Positions 35,011 through 36,296 of a stretch of 36,296 bases of DNA are shown in pieces. The notes below the pieces were generated by a model that did not search any database, was not told the origin of the DNA, and saw nothing but the letters and a program-made list of their open reading frames with translations. Source of the stretch: Acidiferrobacteraceae bacterium (lineage in GTDB: Bacteria > Pseudomonadota > Gammaproteobacteria > Acidiferrobacterales > Acidiferrobacteraceae); the NCBI GenBank assembly GCA_027343725.1, contig DAHWKH010000148.1, positions 1 through 36,296 on the forward strand, read 5' to 3'. Each line of letters starts with the position of its first letter. Position 1 is the stretch's first letter. A program made the translations under genes and the position numbers.

Positions 35011-36294
35011 TTAGGTGATGGCGATCCGGACGTCCACGGGCGCCTCCGCGTCTTGCGCCTCGATCCGGCATGCGAGGGTGCGGGCCTTGCGCAAGGCGGC
35101 GGCCGGTATGATCGCGACGTAGGCAAGCCCCCAATCCTCGGCCGATGTCGCGTGGGTCAGCGGCGCGCCGTCCGTGCCCCAGTGCACGCGGAAGGGGTGT
35201 TCGCGCACGAGGCGCAGCTCGTCGCCGGCCTTCAGCGCCCGCGGGCTGTGATACGGATGCCAGACCCCGTAGCTCAGGACCGGACGCTGGCCCTGATAGC
35301 GCCTCCAGGTGGCCACCGGCCGGTCCACCGGATAACCGAGGAGGCGGCTGTGACAGAGCTTGATGAATTCGGCGTGCGCCCAGGCGAGCGGCATCGCCGA
35401 GCCCGTGGGCTCGCCGGGCCGGAGGCCGTGCTCGGGGAGGGGAGGGGCGTCCCAGACCTGTTCCGGCAGGAGCCCACCCGGGCCGGTCATGGCCGCCATC
35501 GCCTCCAGGTAGGGCCGCGGGTCCTCGCCCGCGAGCAGCGCGTAATGGCCCCGTTCGCCGGTGAGCAGCGGCCAGGCGCGGCCGATGCCCTTGCCGTCGA
35601 GCGAGCTTGTGACGAAGGGGCTGCCGTCGAAGGGGCTGCCGTCCGCGTGTTCGCCGTAATCGTCGCCGTTGTAGCGCCGCCAGGCCGGGCCGTTCGGGGT
35701 CTCGTGCCGCAACAGGCCGTCGGCGACCGCGATCGAGGCCAGGATGCGCGGGTCGCGGGCGTCGCGCAGCCCGAAGCGCACGAGCTGCAGAAAGTCCGTG
35801 GACACCTGGCGGGTGGCGTTTTCGATCTCGCCGTCGTGTCCGCAGGCGGCGAGCGCCTCCTGATCGGGGGTGTTGTCATCGAGCGCGCACCGCGGCGCCA
35901 TGCGCACGTAATGGCCGCCCACCCCAAAGCGCCGGGCGAGCTCCGTGTCCTCCGCGTAGAGCCAGGCCTCGAGGCGCGCGTTCCAGTAGTCGGCGACCAT
36001 GAGGGCGCATGCGCGCGCCGGCCCGTCGAGGCATTCCGCGCCCTCGACCAGGGCCGCGATGACGACTGCCAGGGTGAAGGCGTTGATGCCCGGGTCGCGC
36101 TCCCAGCGATCCTGCGAGGTGACAGGCCCTATGTGGATGAGGAAGCGCAAGGCGCGAACGACCATGTCGTGCACGTGGATCTCTTCGAGGGCGTTTGCGT
36201 CCTTGAGGGCGCCCGCGAGCAGCACCGGGAAGCCGGTCTCGTCGAGCTGGATGTCCTGCCAGAAGGGCTGGCCGCCGAGCCACTGATTCTGCAG
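35011..36294 (-). CDS. Glycoside hydrolase family 15 (glucoamylase-like); 5' part outside window
   Basis: QNQWLGG.PFWQDIQLDETGFPV, QDRWE, DFLQLVRFGLR, GRAWPLLTGERGHY, LPEQVWD, GSAMPLAWAHAEFIKL. The frame is open to the window edge. Confidence 0.92.
   Translation of the reverse strand: MQNQWLGGQPFWQDIQLDETGFPVLLAGALKDANALEEIHVHDMVVRALRFLIHIGPVTSQDRWERDPGINAFTLAVVIAALVEGAECLDGPARACALMVADYWNARLEAWLYAEDTELARRFGVGGHYVRMAPRCALDDNTPDQEALAACGHDGEIENATRQVSTDFLQLVRFGLRDARDPRILASIAVADGLLRHETPNGPAWRRYNGDDYGEHADGSPFDGSPFVTSSLDGKGIGRAWPLLTGERGHYALLAGEDPRPYLEAMAAMTGPGGLLPEQVWDAPPLPEHGLRPGEPTGSAMPLAWAHAEFIKLCHSRLLGYPVDRPVATWRRYQGQRPVLSYGVWHPYHSPRALKAGDELRLVREHPFRVHWGTDGAPLTHATSAEDWGLAYVAIIPAAALRKARTLACRIEAQDAEAPVDVRIAIT
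35614..35643. repeat. In-frame 15-bp tandem duplication in the GH15 gene
   Basis: GAAGGGGCTGCCGTC x2, encoding DGSPF-DGSPF. Confidence 0.8.
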
Positions 36295-36296
36295 CC

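Overview
A 36.3-kb high-GC bacterial chromosomal segment. The gene content (Iro-like HiPIP, rusticyanin-like protein, SQR/TusA/DsrE, very Arg-rich exported proteins) points to an acidophilic iron/sulfur-oxidising proteobacterium, possibly Acidiferrobacter-like; this is inference, not a database result. From left to right it holds: the right end of an ISL3 element; a wHTH-MNT/HEPN toxin-antitoxin pair with a 36-bp palindromic operator; ArsR, PhzF and a five-gene Opp/Dpp ABC importer; a HAMP-GGDEF-EAL(degenerate) gene whose coupled periplasmic-binding-protein gene is frameshifted by a third copy of an 11-bp repeat; pagL; a Tat-exported HiPIP with a Met/His/Gly-rich insertion, divergent from a leader ORF and a heavy-metal RND efflux operon; an S49 peptidase; sigma54-driven pilA; a lower-GC orphan and a decayed class IIC group II intron 3' end; two uncharacterised genes; purEK; a DinB gene; a PAS-sigma54 activator divergent from dsrE-tusA-sqr-DUF1641; rusticyanin-like, RibD-like and PAS-GGDEF-EAL genes; and a partial GH15 gene. 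The best candidate for a new system is 12880-19387. There an exported His/Cys leader peptide ends in NAPP (RAPP-like), and its last codons are complementary to the Shine-Dalgarno of the efflux operon, which suggests a ribosome-stalling metal attenuator. The Met-loop HiPIP sits back-to-back with it. All product calls come from motif recognition by eye; no searches were run.
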